NCBI GenBank assembly: GCA_027493375.1
Contig: JAPVWO010000087.1
Coordinates: forward strand, 2,853-66,852
Reading direction: 5' to 3'
DNA from: Candidatus Multivorans thiocomprendens
Lineage (GTDB): Bacteria; Acidobacteriota; Thermoanaerobaculia; Multivoradales; Multivoraceae
Length of the DNA stretch: 64,000 nucleotides
The translations under genes and the position numbers were made by a program. Positions 18,793 through 27,836 of the stretch are shown piece after piece (position 1 is the first letter of the stretch; each line of letters starts with the position of its first letter). Below the pieces are notes generated by a model. It ran no database searches. It was not told the DNA's origin and saw only the letters and a list, made by a program, of their open reading frames with translations.

Positions 18793-19280
18793 CGGCCCAC
18801 CCGCAGCAAACGGACCAGTTCGCTTCGATCGCCCCCCGGCATTCAGCCCCCAGCTACGAGTTGCGAGTCCGCAGACTGGGCGCTGCTCTCTCCATGTACG
18901 AGGTTTGGCAACTCCCGGCGGTGTCGACGCCCCAGATCGCCGCGCCGATTCGCGTAGCCGGCCTCAAGGGCCGCAACCTGGAGTTGGTCGAACACCGCGT
19001 CCTCCGGCGACTCTCTCAAGCCGGCATCAAGCTCGCCCGGCCTGCCGCCGAGCCGATGCACGGACTCCCTCTCAGCGAAGATCTCGCCCTACACCTGGGC
19101 CTCATGTTCCGGGCTCTCGCGCCGATGCGAAGCCGCGAGCGGATGCGCGCCGTAGCGGAAGGCATTGAACGAATGGACCGAGAGGAGGCCGCGTACTGGC
19201 TCGGCATGGCGATGCACCGGCGGCGACCACGGCGAGTCCTGGCGGCGTTGCGGACGCTGTTGACGGCGCCGCCGCGGTGA
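18789..19280 (+). CDS. small protein translationally coupled to the DUF499 ATPase (position/size consistent with the DUF3780-type accessory gene)
   Basis: 163 aa with no motif I can name. The call rests only on the ATGA coupling and on my recollection that a ~180-aa DUF3780 protein follows DUF499 in such modules. Confidence 0.35.
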   Translation: MTAHPQQTDQFASIAPRHSAPSYELRVRRLGAALSMYEVWQLPAVSTPQIAAPIRVAGLKGRNLELVEHRVLRRLSQAGIKLARPAAEPMHGLPLSEDLALHLGLMFRALAPMRSRERMRAVAEGIERMDREEAAYWLGMAMHRRRPRRVLAALRTLLTAPPR

Positions 19281-19331
19281 GGTCGTTTCAGCCGAGCCGC
19301 CAGGCCTGATCGGTGCGTTAGGCTCCCACCG

Positions 19332-20576
19332 ATGTCGGACAGCGAACCGTCAGGCCCCCAACGGCACTCTGCGCCGGCCGCGTCCGCGGAGGATGCCGGA
19401 ACATCGAGCCTCGACGGACACGGCGTCGCCGAGCCGCTGCCCGACGGTCCGAACCAAGAGCCGTCCGATGAGGCGAAGGCCGCAGCTCCAGACGCTCCCG
19501 TGGGCGAGGACATTGAGGGCCTCGACGAGCACGGCGCTTCCTGGGGCGACTATCCGATCGACTCTCTCCTGATCCGACCCGAGCACCGGACCGTCCATGA
19601 CGTGGTGCGCCGCATCGATCGCGAAACCTACATCCTGAATCCGGACTTCCAGCGCGACTTCATCTGGGACGTATCCACCCAGAGCCGGTTAATCGAGTCC
19701 ATTCTGATGCGCATTCCCCTTCCCGTTCTCTACCTCGCGGAGAACGACGACGGAAAGGTGGTCGTCGTGGACGGCCTGCAACGCCTCCGCACGTTGCAAC
19801 GCTTTCTGGATGATGAGTTGAAACTGCGCCTCCCCGACAGGCCGGACTTGCACGGCAAACGGTTTTCCGACCTCTCCGAGAAGCTCCAGAACCGCGTCGA
19901 GGACTGCGGCCTGACGCTCTACTCCATCGACTCGAAGGTGCCGGAACGCGCCCGGCTCGACATCTTCGAGCGCGTCAACAGCGGCGTTCCGCTGACGCGG
20001 CAGCAGATGCGGAACTGCCTTTACATGGGACCGGCGACCCAATTCCTCGCGAAGGAAGCCGGCACGGACCTGTTCAGGAACGCGACGGGGGGGAGTCTCA
20101 AGCAGAAGACGATGCGGGATCGGGAGTTCGTGAACCGCTTCTGCGCGTTCCACCTCTTGTCCCTCAAGGACTACGACGGAGACATGGACCGCTTCCTTGC
20201 AAGGGCGCTCGGCCGCATGAATCGAGCCAACGACGCGACGCTCCATGACGTCCGAGAGGCCTTCCACCGAACATTGACAAACAACCACATGTTGTTCCAG
20301 AAACAGGCCTTCCGGAAGCACGAGCCCGACCAGAACCGGAGAGGGGTCATCAACGCATCGCTGTGGGACGTGATGTCGACCGGTCTGGCCCCCTACGACG
20401 CGATGCGCGTGCTGGAACGAGCCGAGGCCTTCAGGGCCGCCTTCTTCGCACTGCTCCAGGACGAGAAGTTCAACGAAGCGATCACGTACGGCCCGAACGA
20501 CGCTAGGAAGGTCCGCCGCCGGTTCAGGATGGCCGGCCGGATGTTTCGGGAGACCCTGGGTGCTGACGCGGATTGA
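19332..20576 (+). CDS. DUF262 (ParB/GmrSD-N-terminal-like) domain protein without a DUF1524/HNH nuclease domain
   Basis: 414 aa. FQRDFIWDVSTQSRLIESILMRIPLPVLYL ... VVVVDGLQRLRTLQRF (DGQQR-type motif) ... FERVNSGVPLTRQQMRN. Acidic, low-complexity N-terminal ~70 aa. Confidence 0.8.
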   Translation: MSDSEPSGPQRHSAPAASAEDAGTSSLDGHGVAEPLPDGPNQEPSDEAKAAAPDAPVGEDIEGLDEHGASWGDYPIDSLLIRPEHRTVHDVVRRIDRETYILNPDFQRDFIWDVSTQSRLIESILMRIPLPVLYLAENDDGKVVVVDGLQRLRTLQRFLDDELKLRLPDRPDLHGKRFSDLSEKLQNRVEDCGLTLYSIDSKVPERARLDIFERVNSGVPLTRQQMRNCLYMGPATQFLAKEAGTDLFRNATGGSLKQKTMRDREFVNRFCAFHLLSLKDYDGDMDRFLARALGRMNRANDATLHDVREAFHRTLTNNHMLFQKQAFRKHEPDQNRRGVINASLWDVMSTGLAPYDAMRVLERAEAFRAAFFALLQDEKFNEAITYGPNDARKVRRRFRMAGRMFRETLGADAD

Positions 20577-21744
20577 ACTCCGGCACTTCAAGTGCTTCGA
20601 GTTGCTCAAGTTGCCCTTGGCGCCCCTGACGCTGCTCGCGGGGGCCAACGCGTCCGGCAAGAGCACGGTCCTGCAGGCGATCGGCCTCCTGCATCAGACG
20701 GTGAAGGACTCGCCGTTCGCAAACCGGCTGCTCCTCAACGGATCGGTGCTGCGGCTGGGAAGCGCGGTCGATGTGATCGATCAGGTGCATGGCCGACGCT
20801 CCTGCTCGATCACCCTGATCGACTCCATCCTCGGACCTGCCGGCGAGCGGCCGAACGACTCGGCCGCCTCGGGCGAGGAAAGGGAGCTTCTTCACTCCTG
20901 GACCTTCGCGGGCGAGCCAGCGGACCGCTCCTTGAGGCTGACGGCCATGCACTATGAGGACGACGTCGCCAGCGACACGCTCGAAGGCGAGGGCCTGATT
21001 CCACCCGAGATGATGGGCACTCTGCCGACTCGGCTGGAAGAGCTGACCTATCTCACGGCCGAGCGTCTGGGGCCTCGCGACTTCTATCCGCTCCGGGACT
21101 CGGAGGAGGACTCGGCAGTCGGTCCCGCCGGTGAGAACGCGGCCGCGATCCTGGAAGCGCGCCGAAGCGGCGAAGTGCTGCCGGATCTCGTCCTGGAGAA
21201 CGCGCCCCCCACTTGCCTGCTCCAGGCTCAAGCGCGCATGGCGTCGTTCTTTCCCGGCTGCGTACTCGACGTGCGGCAGGTTCCGGGGACGGGCGTCGTG
21301 ACGCTTCGCATCCGGACCTCGGACGACACCGATTTCCATCGCCCCGTGCACACGGGCTTCGGGTTGACCCAGGTGCTGCCCATGGTCGTAGCCGCTCTCT
21401 CCGCCGAGTACGACGCTCTGCTCCTGTTCGAGAACCCCGAGGTTCACCTCCATCCAGCGGGACAGGCCCGGATGGGCGTCTTCCTGGCCGAGGTCGCCGC
21501 AGCTGGCGTGCAAGTGCTCGTCGAAAGCCACAGCGACCATGTGCTGAACGGCATCCGCCGCGCCGTGAAAGCCGGAATCTTGGAACCGAACGATGCCGCG
21601 CTCCACTTCTTCTCGCCACGTTCCGCCGACGCCTCGCAAGTTCAGACACCTGCGATGGATGCTGACGGAAGGTTGGATTTCTGGCCTGACGGCTTCTTCG
21701 ACCAGTTCGACAAGGACCTGAGCGCCCTCGCGGGCTGGGATTGA
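20560..21744 (+). CDS. AAA/ABC-like ATPase with C-terminal DUF3696 motif
   Basis: 394 aa. IELRHFKCF...LLAGANASGKSTVLQAIG (Walker A), YLTAERLGPR, GFGLTQVLPMV, LLLFENPEVHLHPAGQ (Walker B), LVESHSDHVL, C-terminal FWPDGFFDQF. GTG start overlaps the DUF262 gene by 17 nt. Confidence 0.8.
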   Translation: MLTRIELRHFKCFELLKLPLAPLTLLAGANASGKSTVLQAIGLLHQTVKDSPFANRLLLNGSVLRLGSAVDVIDQVHGRRSCSITLIDSILGPAGERPNDSAASGEERELLHSWTFAGEPADRSLRLTAMHYEDDVASDTLEGEGLIPPEMMGTLPTRLEELTYLTAERLGPRDFYPLRDSEEDSAVGPAGENAAAILEARRSGEVLPDLVLENAPPTCLLQAQARMASFFPGCVLDVRQVPGTGVVTLRIRTSDDTDFHRPVHTGFGLTQVLPMVVAALSAEYDALLLFENPEVHLHPAGQARMGVFLAEVAAAGVQVLVESHSDHVLNGIRRAVKAGILEPNDAALHFFSPRSADASQVQTPAMDADGRLDFWPDGFFDQFDKDLSALAGWD

Positions 21745-22706
21745 CGCACGTGCATATCCTAGCCAACGAGCTCTCGGTTCACGGGCAGTTTCCAGACGAT
21801 CTCTCCTTTTGGAACGCCATCGGTCGGCTGATGCAAATGCGGGAGGTCGCACAGCGCCACGGTCACGAGATCTACTGCTCGCGCAGCTTTCGGCATGTCC
21901 AGCCGCGCCCTGGTGTGCGTCTCGAACCAGCTCTCGCTCGTCTGCAACGAGACAGGCGAAGCCTCTTTCTCTCTTGGCTGAATCGTGGTGGCCCCTTCTG
22001 GGACGATACCGGTCGCCACGATCCAGGCGACTGGCTGGAGTGTCCGGAGTGGCCCGAGAAGGTGGTCACCGACACGTCCGTCGGTGAAGCAGCGTTCCGC
22101 GCCCTGAGCGGGTTCAGCTGCGCACTGGTCAGCCTCAGGCCGTCGGACTGGGACTACACGCCGGTTCGCGTCTTTCGCCGGCGCGGGGACCAAGAACTGC
22201 CAGCTGAACATACGGAACTGCCGAACTGGAGGGATCCCGACTCTCTCAAGGAAGGCCTTCGGGACGCGGAACCCCACGTCCAATCGTGGACGGACCTCCG
22301 GCGCGAGACTCGCCGCTTCCCGAACCTGCGCTTCGCGCCCGACTGCCTGGATCCTCTCCGCGGCCTTCCGTTCAGCGAGGGCGCCGCCGACGAGATCCTA
22401 AGGCGGCTCGACGTTCTGAACCGCTTCGCTGGCCTCCACGGCGAGACTGACGCTCCTGCTCCCGAAAGACGCAGGCTTCATCAGAAGTACTTCCGTGGCA
22501 GGAAGGCGTGGTTCTCCGACTCCTCCGACGAAGAGAAGGCCGCGTTCCGTGCCAAGATGACTTTCCATCACCCGGACAGGTCCAGCGGACACCTGTTCTG
22601 CCCCTGGCACGGCAAGGTCAAGATCCAACAGCTCCGCATTCACTTCTCCTGGCCTGAACCGCCAATCTACGTCGTGTACATCGGCCAGAAGATCACCCGC
22701 CGGTGA
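21741..22706 (+). CDS. orphan hypothetical protein, third gene of the DUF262/DUF3696 module
   Basis: 321-aa ORF. TTG start overlaps the upstream stop (TTGA); a GTG at 21750 is an alternative. No recognisable catalytic motif. His/Cys clusters HGHEIYCSRSFRH and HLFCPWHGK. Confidence 0.6.
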   Translation: MTHVHILANELSVHGQFPDDLSFWNAIGRLMQMREVAQRHGHEIYCSRSFRHVQPRPGVRLEPALARLQRDRRSLFLSWLNRGGPFWDDTGRHDPGDWLECPEWPEKVVTDTSVGEAAFRALSGFSCALVSLRPSDWDYTPVRVFRRRGDQELPAEHTELPNWRDPDSLKEGLRDAEPHVQSWTDLRRETRRFPNLRFAPDCLDPLRGLPFSEGAADEILRRLDVLNRFAGLHGETDAPAPERRRLHQKYFRGRKAWFSDSSDEEKAAFRAKMTFHHPDRSSGHLFCPWHGKVKIQQLRIHFSWPEPPIYVVYIGQKITRR

Positions 22707-22718
22707 GGTATTCTAACC

Positions 22719-24032
22719 GTGAAACTGGCATCCGTCGAGATCGAGAACTACCGGGCCATAGAGGGTCTGGAACTGGAGCCGGACCCGGCGCTGACCGTGC
22801 TGTTCGGCACGAACGCGTGTGGCAAGACGAGCGTCCTGAGCGGGATTGCGACCGGGCTGGGCGCCATCCAGAGCTTCTTCTTTCCCAGGAAGGGGATCAA
22901 CTTCCTCAAGACCGACAGGAGGGCGAACGGAGAGCCCGTTCGCATCCGGCTGACGCCGACGGGCGGCCTCTCCTGGTTGCGGGAAGAAACCGGACGGGGG
23001 TTCGCGAAGATCACCGAGAACAAGATGACACCCTGGTACGAGTTGCGAAGGTGGCTAGCCGACATCAGAAGCAGACACGAGAAGGGCGAAGTCGTCGACC
23101 TGCCGATCATCGCGTTCTACGACACGGACCGGGTCGTTTTCGACGCGCCGCGGAGGCGGCGTGGTTTCGCCGAAGAGTTCGACCGGTTCGGCGCGCTCGA
23201 GGGCGCCCTCTCGGCGCGTACGGACTTCCGGCAGTTCTTCCGGTGGTTCTACGCGATGGAGAACGCGGAGTTCCGGGCATCGAGACGCCTAAGAGAGAGA
23301 GGACGAGATTCAGGCGCCGGCACCCGCGCCGTCGTCCCGGAACTGCATGCCGTCCGTTCCGCGATAGAGGCCATGGTCAAAGGCGTCACCTCTCCGAGAA
23401 TCGAAGAGAACCCGTTGCGGTTCGTCGTGTCGCGGGAGAACGAATCCACCGACCTCGAAGAACTAGCTTTGGATCAACTGAGCGGCGGTTACCGAGCCGT
23501 TCTCACGCTCGCGGCCGATTTGGCGCGACGCATGGCCCAAGGCAATCCGCATCTGGAGGATCCGCTGAAGTCCGAGGCCGTAGTCCTGATCGACGAGATC
23601 GAACTGCATCTCCATCCCGAATGGCAGCAGCGGATCCTGGGCGACCTGCGCCGGACGTTCCCCAACGCGCAGTTCATCGTCTCCACCCACAGTCCCCAGG
23701 TGCTAACCACGGTGGAGCCTAAGCACATTCTGGAGTTGGTCGACGATGACGGGAGTATCGTGGCGAGAGCCCCGGCGTCGAGCACGTTCGGCGTGGAGGC
23801 CGGAGACGTCCTAAGCACCGTAATGGGCGTCGACGAACGCCCGGACAACTGGTACACAACGGCGCTCAACGCGTACCGCCGCCTAGTGAGCAGCGACCAG
23901 GGCGAGTCGGAGGAAGCGCAGGCGTTGCGGACGAAATTAGAGGACGCCTCGCCCGACGACCCGGCGCTTCACAGGGCCGATCTGGAAGTCCGCCAGCGCC
24001 GGATGTTCCGGCGGATGTCCGAATCGAAGTGA
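22719..24032 (+). CDS. PtuA-like ABC/SMC-type ATPase (Septu-like system)
   Basis: 437 aa. VEIENYRAIEGLEL...VLFGTNACGKTSVL (Walker A), LSGGYRAVLTLAADL (signature), VVLIDEIELHLHPEWQQ (Walker B), FIVSTHSPQVL. GTG start with GGTGAGG ~11 nt upstream. Confidence 0.65.
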   Translation: MKLASVEIENYRAIEGLELEPDPALTVLFGTNACGKTSVLSGIATGLGAIQSFFFPRKGINFLKTDRRANGEPVRIRLTPTGGLSWLREETGRGFAKITENKMTPWYELRRWLADIRSRHEKGEVVDLPIIAFYDTDRVVFDAPRRRRGFAEEFDRFGALEGALSARTDFRQFFRWFYAMENAEFRASRRLRERGRDSGAGTRAVVPELHAVRSAIEAMVKGVTSPRIEENPLRFVVSRENESTDLEELALDQLSGGYRAVLTLAADLARRMAQGNPHLEDPLKSEAVVLIDEIELHLHPEWQQRILGDLRRTFPNAQFIVSTHSPQVLTTVEPKHILELVDDDGSIVARAPASSTFGVEAGDVLSTVMGVDERPDNWYTTALNAYRRLVSSDQGESEEAQALRTKLEDASPDDPALHRADLEVRQRRMFRRMSESK

Positions 24033-24793
24033 AGCCCATCCGAGAAGTGACCCCGCCGCCGCAAGGGCTGGCGGACTACCTGGACTTGGTGGGAAACCAG
24101 AAGTACTGGGACGAGTTTCGGTCCCACGATTCCGGCAACGCGCTTGACGAACTCCGGGAGACGTTGACTCTCAATCAGCACGGACTCTGCGCCTATTGTG
24201 AGTCGACACTCGGGCCAAACCGACGCCAACTCGAGCACGTCGTGCCCCGCAGCGAGCCGTCACACGGCGAGGCCTTGGAACTCGATGTCTCGAACATGGT
24301 GGCCTGCTGCCTCCGCGTCGGCCGCGCCGCACCGACACCGGCCGAGCGGAGCGATACTGACGCGGGGCTAAACCAGGGAGGAGGCGGAGAGAGTTGCGGT
24401 CAAGCCAAGGCCGACGTGTGGTGGAACTCCTTCCTGGACCCGCGAAGCCTGCCGCCGGCGCCGAGCCTGCTAGCCGTGCACGCCGACGGGAGCATCGAAG
24501 TCGACGAGCGCGCCTGCAAGGATGCAGGCTTCAGGCCAGAGGACGCGCGCTGCTCTATCAAGACACTGAATCTCAACGCGAGGCGCCTCCGTCACGCGCG
24601 GCACTCGCAGTGGAACAACCTTGTGGACCTCTCCGCAAACGTGACGGATGAAACGAGCATGGACACCTGGATCCGGACCGTGCTGACACCGGACGAGCGT
24701 GGACAGCTTCAGCCTTTCTTCACCACGTCCCGCTCCTTCTTCGGACGAACCGGCGAACTCGTTCTCGCCGAGCGGCCTCAGAACTGGATCTGA
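24029..24793 (+). CDS. PtuB-like HNH endonuclease (TIGR02646-type)
   Basis: 254 aa. HGLCAYCES...RQLEHVVPRS...NMVACC...CGQAK is an HNH/Cys4 arrangement. GTGA overlap with the upstream ATPase. Confidence 0.65.
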   Translation: MKPIREVTPPPQGLADYLDLVGNQKYWDEFRSHDSGNALDELRETLTLNQHGLCAYCESTLGPNRRQLEHVVPRSEPSHGEALELDVSNMVACCLRVGRAAPTPAERSDTDAGLNQGGGGESCGQAKADVWWNSFLDPRSLPPAPSLLAVHADGSIEVDERACKDAGFRPEDARCSIKTLNLNARRLRHARHSQWNNLVDLSANVTDETSMDTWIRTVLTPDERGQLQPFFTTSRSFFGRTGELVLAERPQNWI

Positions 24794-24796
24794 ACG

Positions 24797-27700
24797 ATGA
24801 CCGACGCCCGCCTCATCGAACGCTGGCTGCCGATCGCCGAACTGGGCGAGGAGTCCGCCCGCGAGCGCAGGTCGATGACCGCACTGCCGCCTACCTACTA
24901 CCTGCACGTCTGGTGGGCGCGGAGGCCGCTGGTTGCGTCTCGCGCCGCCGTGCTGGCTTCCCTGCTGCCGGCGAACGCTGACCGGGAACAGTTCCTACAC
25001 GCTGTCGGGATACACGGCGATCCTGTGGCCTCGCGACGTCGAATCGACGCTGCCCGACGGAAGGGCGAACGGTTCAAGGGCGAGGCTTACAGCTACGCCC
25101 GGGCCTTCACGTACTCGCCTCAGTCGGAAGAGCGGGAGCGCCTCGAAGGAGCCTTCGGGGCGCGTGCCGGCGTTTTCACTTGCCTCGACCCGACCGCCGG
25201 CGGCGGCAGCATTCCCTTCGAAGCGGCTCGGCTGGGCGTTCAAGCAATCGCAAACGACCTCAACCCCGTCGCCGCCTTCATCATGCAGGCCACGGTCGAC
25301 TGGCCGGTCAGGCACGGCACCGCGGTGCTCGAAGAGTTCCAGAGGTTGGCGGCCGATTTCGTCGAGCGTAGAGAGGCAGCCCTTCACGCTTGCTACCCGC
25401 CCGAGCCACAAGACAGAGCAGTCAGCACGAACTACCTCTGGGCCCGAACCGTCTCCTGCCCCTACTGCGACGGCCTCGTGCCGCTATCGCCGAACTGGCG
25501 GCTCGCGCCTGGAACCGGCGTGCGGCTGCGACCCGAAGTCACCGGCGGCCCCGGAACCGCAGGACGAGTCTGTTCGTTCGAGATCGTGGAGTCCGCGGAC
25601 GAACAGTCCACCGGGACGGTTGCGCGTGGCGACGGAACCTGCCCGTTCCCCGACTGCGGCCGGGTGATCGACGGAGACGAGATCAAGGAGCAGGCTCAGG
25701 ACGGTCGCATGGGCGAACAGCTCTATGCCGTCGTCTTCAAGCGGCGGGTCGAGACGCGGACGAAGACGGGAAGGATCCGCGAGAAGTGGGTGCGCGGCTA
25801 CCGTGCACCGCGGCCCGAGGACGACAACTCGGCGGAGATCGCGGGCCGTCTGGCCGAGAAGATGCCGGTGTGGGAGGCGTTCGACATCGTGCCGAACGAA
25901 CGATTCCCGGAGGATGGAAACGACACCCGACCGATCCAGTACGGCATGCCACTCTGGCGCGACCTATTCTCGCCCCGGCAACTGCTCTGCCATGGCACCA
26001 GCGTCGAGGTCTTCCGCGAGATGTTCGACGCGGACCAAGCGGCAAGTCCGGTTGGCGACGTTCGGAAGGCGGCCTACGGATACTTGGCCCTTTCGTTGGA
26101 CAAGCTATTGAACTACAGCGCACGAATGACGCGGTGGCACGCGAGCCGCGAGGTCCTCGCAGGCACGTTCGACCGACACGACTTTTCCTTCAAGTGGTCG
26201 TACGCCGAGATGGCACCGCTGATCACCGGACTCGGCTACGACTGGGCGATCAAACAAACCGCCAAGTGCATCGGGGAACTCGTCCGGCTCGTCCACGGCG
26301 ACACCGCTGCCGTGAACGGCACCGGACCCGCCAACCAACTCCGGCTTGCCGGCCCGAACGATGGAACGACGGTCCCAAGCGGGCCGGGCGACCTCCTCGC
26401 GTCGATTCAGCGAGAGCCCTGGGCCGGAGCCCCGGAATCGCCCCCTGTAGCGATCACCTGCAAACCAGCCGAGAGCCTCGACCACATCGAGGACGCCTCT
26501 ATCGACGTCGTCGTCATGGACCCGCCCTACTACGACAACGTGATGTACGCCGAACTGGCCGATTTCTTCTACGTCTGGCTCAGGCGCACCGCGGGGCACG
26601 TCTTCCCGGAGCTCTTCCGGCACCGCCTGACGGACAAGGAGAACGAGGCCATCGCCAACCCGGCCAGGTTCAAGGGGAAGAAAGGCGCACGGGCGCTGGC
26701 GGGGCGCGACTACCAGGAGCGCATGGCAGCTATCTTCCGGGAGTGCGCCAGGGTGCTCAAGCCGGACGGCATCATGACCCTGATGTTCACCCACAAGGCG
26801 ACCGGCGCCTGGGACGCGCTGACGACGGGACTCATGGAAGCGGGCTTCCAGATCACGGCCTCCTGGCCGATCAACACGGAGGCGGCGGGCAGCCTGCACA
26901 TCAAGGACAAGGCTGCCGCCAAGAGCACGATCTTCCTCGTTTGCCGGCCGCCCGATGATCCCGGCGCGGCCGAACTCCGGGACAGCGGAACGTACTGGGA
27001 AGACGTGGAGCCGGAAGTCGCCAAGGCGGTCCGCGACCGCGTCGGCGAGTTTCAGGACGCCGGCATCGGCGGCGTGGACCTGTACCTCGCCTGCTTCGGC
27101 CCGGCGCTCCAGCGGTTCTCGGAACACTGGCCGCTGCGGCGCGGCACGCCCCGGGAACTGCCGGCCAGCGCTCGGCGAAGAGGTCATCAGGCGACCTTGC
27201 AGCTCGAAGAGCAGGACCCTTACGCCGTCACGCCGGAGGACGCGCTCGACGTCGCACGCCGGGAAGTGAAGCGCTGGAGGCTGGAGCAACTGACCCACCT
27301 CAAGGCCAATGTGGACCTCGACCCGGCGACCGCCTTCTTCGTGCTGGCCTGGGACGCCTTCAAGGCGCCCGGTTTCTCCTACGACGAGGCGCTGCGCTTG
27401 GCCCGCGCCACGGGCGTCGACCTGGACCGCGACATCGTCGGACGGCTCGCGCTCAAGAAGAGCGGCAACCTTCAACTCTGGGACAGCGAGCGCCGGGCCG
27501 CCCGGGGCGCCCTCGGACCGGCCGACGGTTCCCGCGGGATGATCGACGCCCTCCATCACGCGGCGCACATGGCGCGCAACAGGTCGCTGGAGGAGGCCCG
27601 CGACCTGCTCGCGCGCGCCGAGGTCGACGAGGATCCGCTCTTCCTGGCCGCCTTCGAGGCCGTGCTCGAGGTGCTCCCGGTGTCCTCGACCTTCACCGGC

Positions 27701-27832
27701 GTCGCCCTCAAGGGTGAGATCGCCGCCTTCAGCAACGACTTCGAGGCTCTCTACAACCTCCGGCGCTTCGCCTTCGCCGACCAGATCGATGAGCCGGAAC
27801 AGCTCGCGATCTGGCGCCGAGACGCGACGTGA
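24797..27832 (+). CDS. DUF1156-domain N6-adenine DNA methyltransferase
   Basis: 1011 aa. N-terminal DUF1156 signature ERWLPIAELGEESARERR...YYLHVWWARRPLVASRA. AdoMet motif CLDPTAGGGSIPFEA. Zn-ribbon insert CPYCDG...CPFPDCG. Catalytic motif IV VVMDPPYYDNVMY. Confidence 0.85.
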   Translation: MTDARLIERWLPIAELGEESARERRSMTALPPTYYLHVWWARRPLVASRAAVLASLLPANADREQFLHAVGIHGDPVASRRRIDAARRKGERFKGEAYSYARAFTYSPQSEERERLEGAFGARAGVFTCLDPTAGGGSIPFEAARLGVQAIANDLNPVAAFIMQATVDWPVRHGTAVLEEFQRLAADFVERREAALHACYPPEPQDRAVSTNYLWARTVSCPYCDGLVPLSPNWRLAPGTGVRLRPEVTGGPGTAGRVCSFEIVESADEQSTGTVARGDGTCPFPDCGRVIDGDEIKEQAQDGRMGEQLYAVVFKRRVETRTKTGRIREKWVRGYRAPRPEDDNSAEIAGRLAEKMPVWEAFDIVPNERFPEDGNDTRPIQYGMPLWRDLFSPRQLLCHGTSVEVFREMFDADQAASPVGDVRKAAYGYLALSLDKLLNYSARMTRWHASREVLAGTFDRHDFSFKWSYAEMAPLITGLGYDWAIKQTAKCIGELVRLVHGDTAAVNGTGPANQLRLAGPNDGTTVPSGPGDLLASIQREPWAGAPESPPVAITCKPAESLDHIEDASIDVVVMDPPYYDNVMYAELADFFYVWLRRTAGHVFPELFRHRLTDKENEAIANPARFKGKKGARALAGRDYQERMAAIFRECARVLKPDGIMTLMFTHKATGAWDALTTGLMEAGFQITASWPINTEAAGSLHIKDKAAAKSTIFLVCRPPDDPGAAELRDSGTYWEDVEPEVAKAVRDRVGEFQDAGIGGVDLYLACFGPALQRFSEHWPLRRGTPRELPASARRRGHQATLQLEEQDPYAVTPEDALDVARREVKRWRLEQLTHLKANVDLDPATAFFVLAWDAFKAPGFSYDEALRLARATGVDLDRDIVGRLALKKSGNLQLWDSERRAARGALGPADGSRGMIDALHHAAHMARNRSLEEARDLLARAEVDEDPLFLAAFEAVLEVLPVSSTFTGVALKGEIAAFSNDFEALYNLRRFAFADQIDEPEQLAIWRRDAT

Positions 27833-27836
27833 TGCG

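Noticed and set aside
18789-19280. Firm assignment of the 163-aa protein to DUF3780
   Set aside because: I cannot recall diagnostic residues for that family. Only position and size support it, so it is kept as a low-confidence note.
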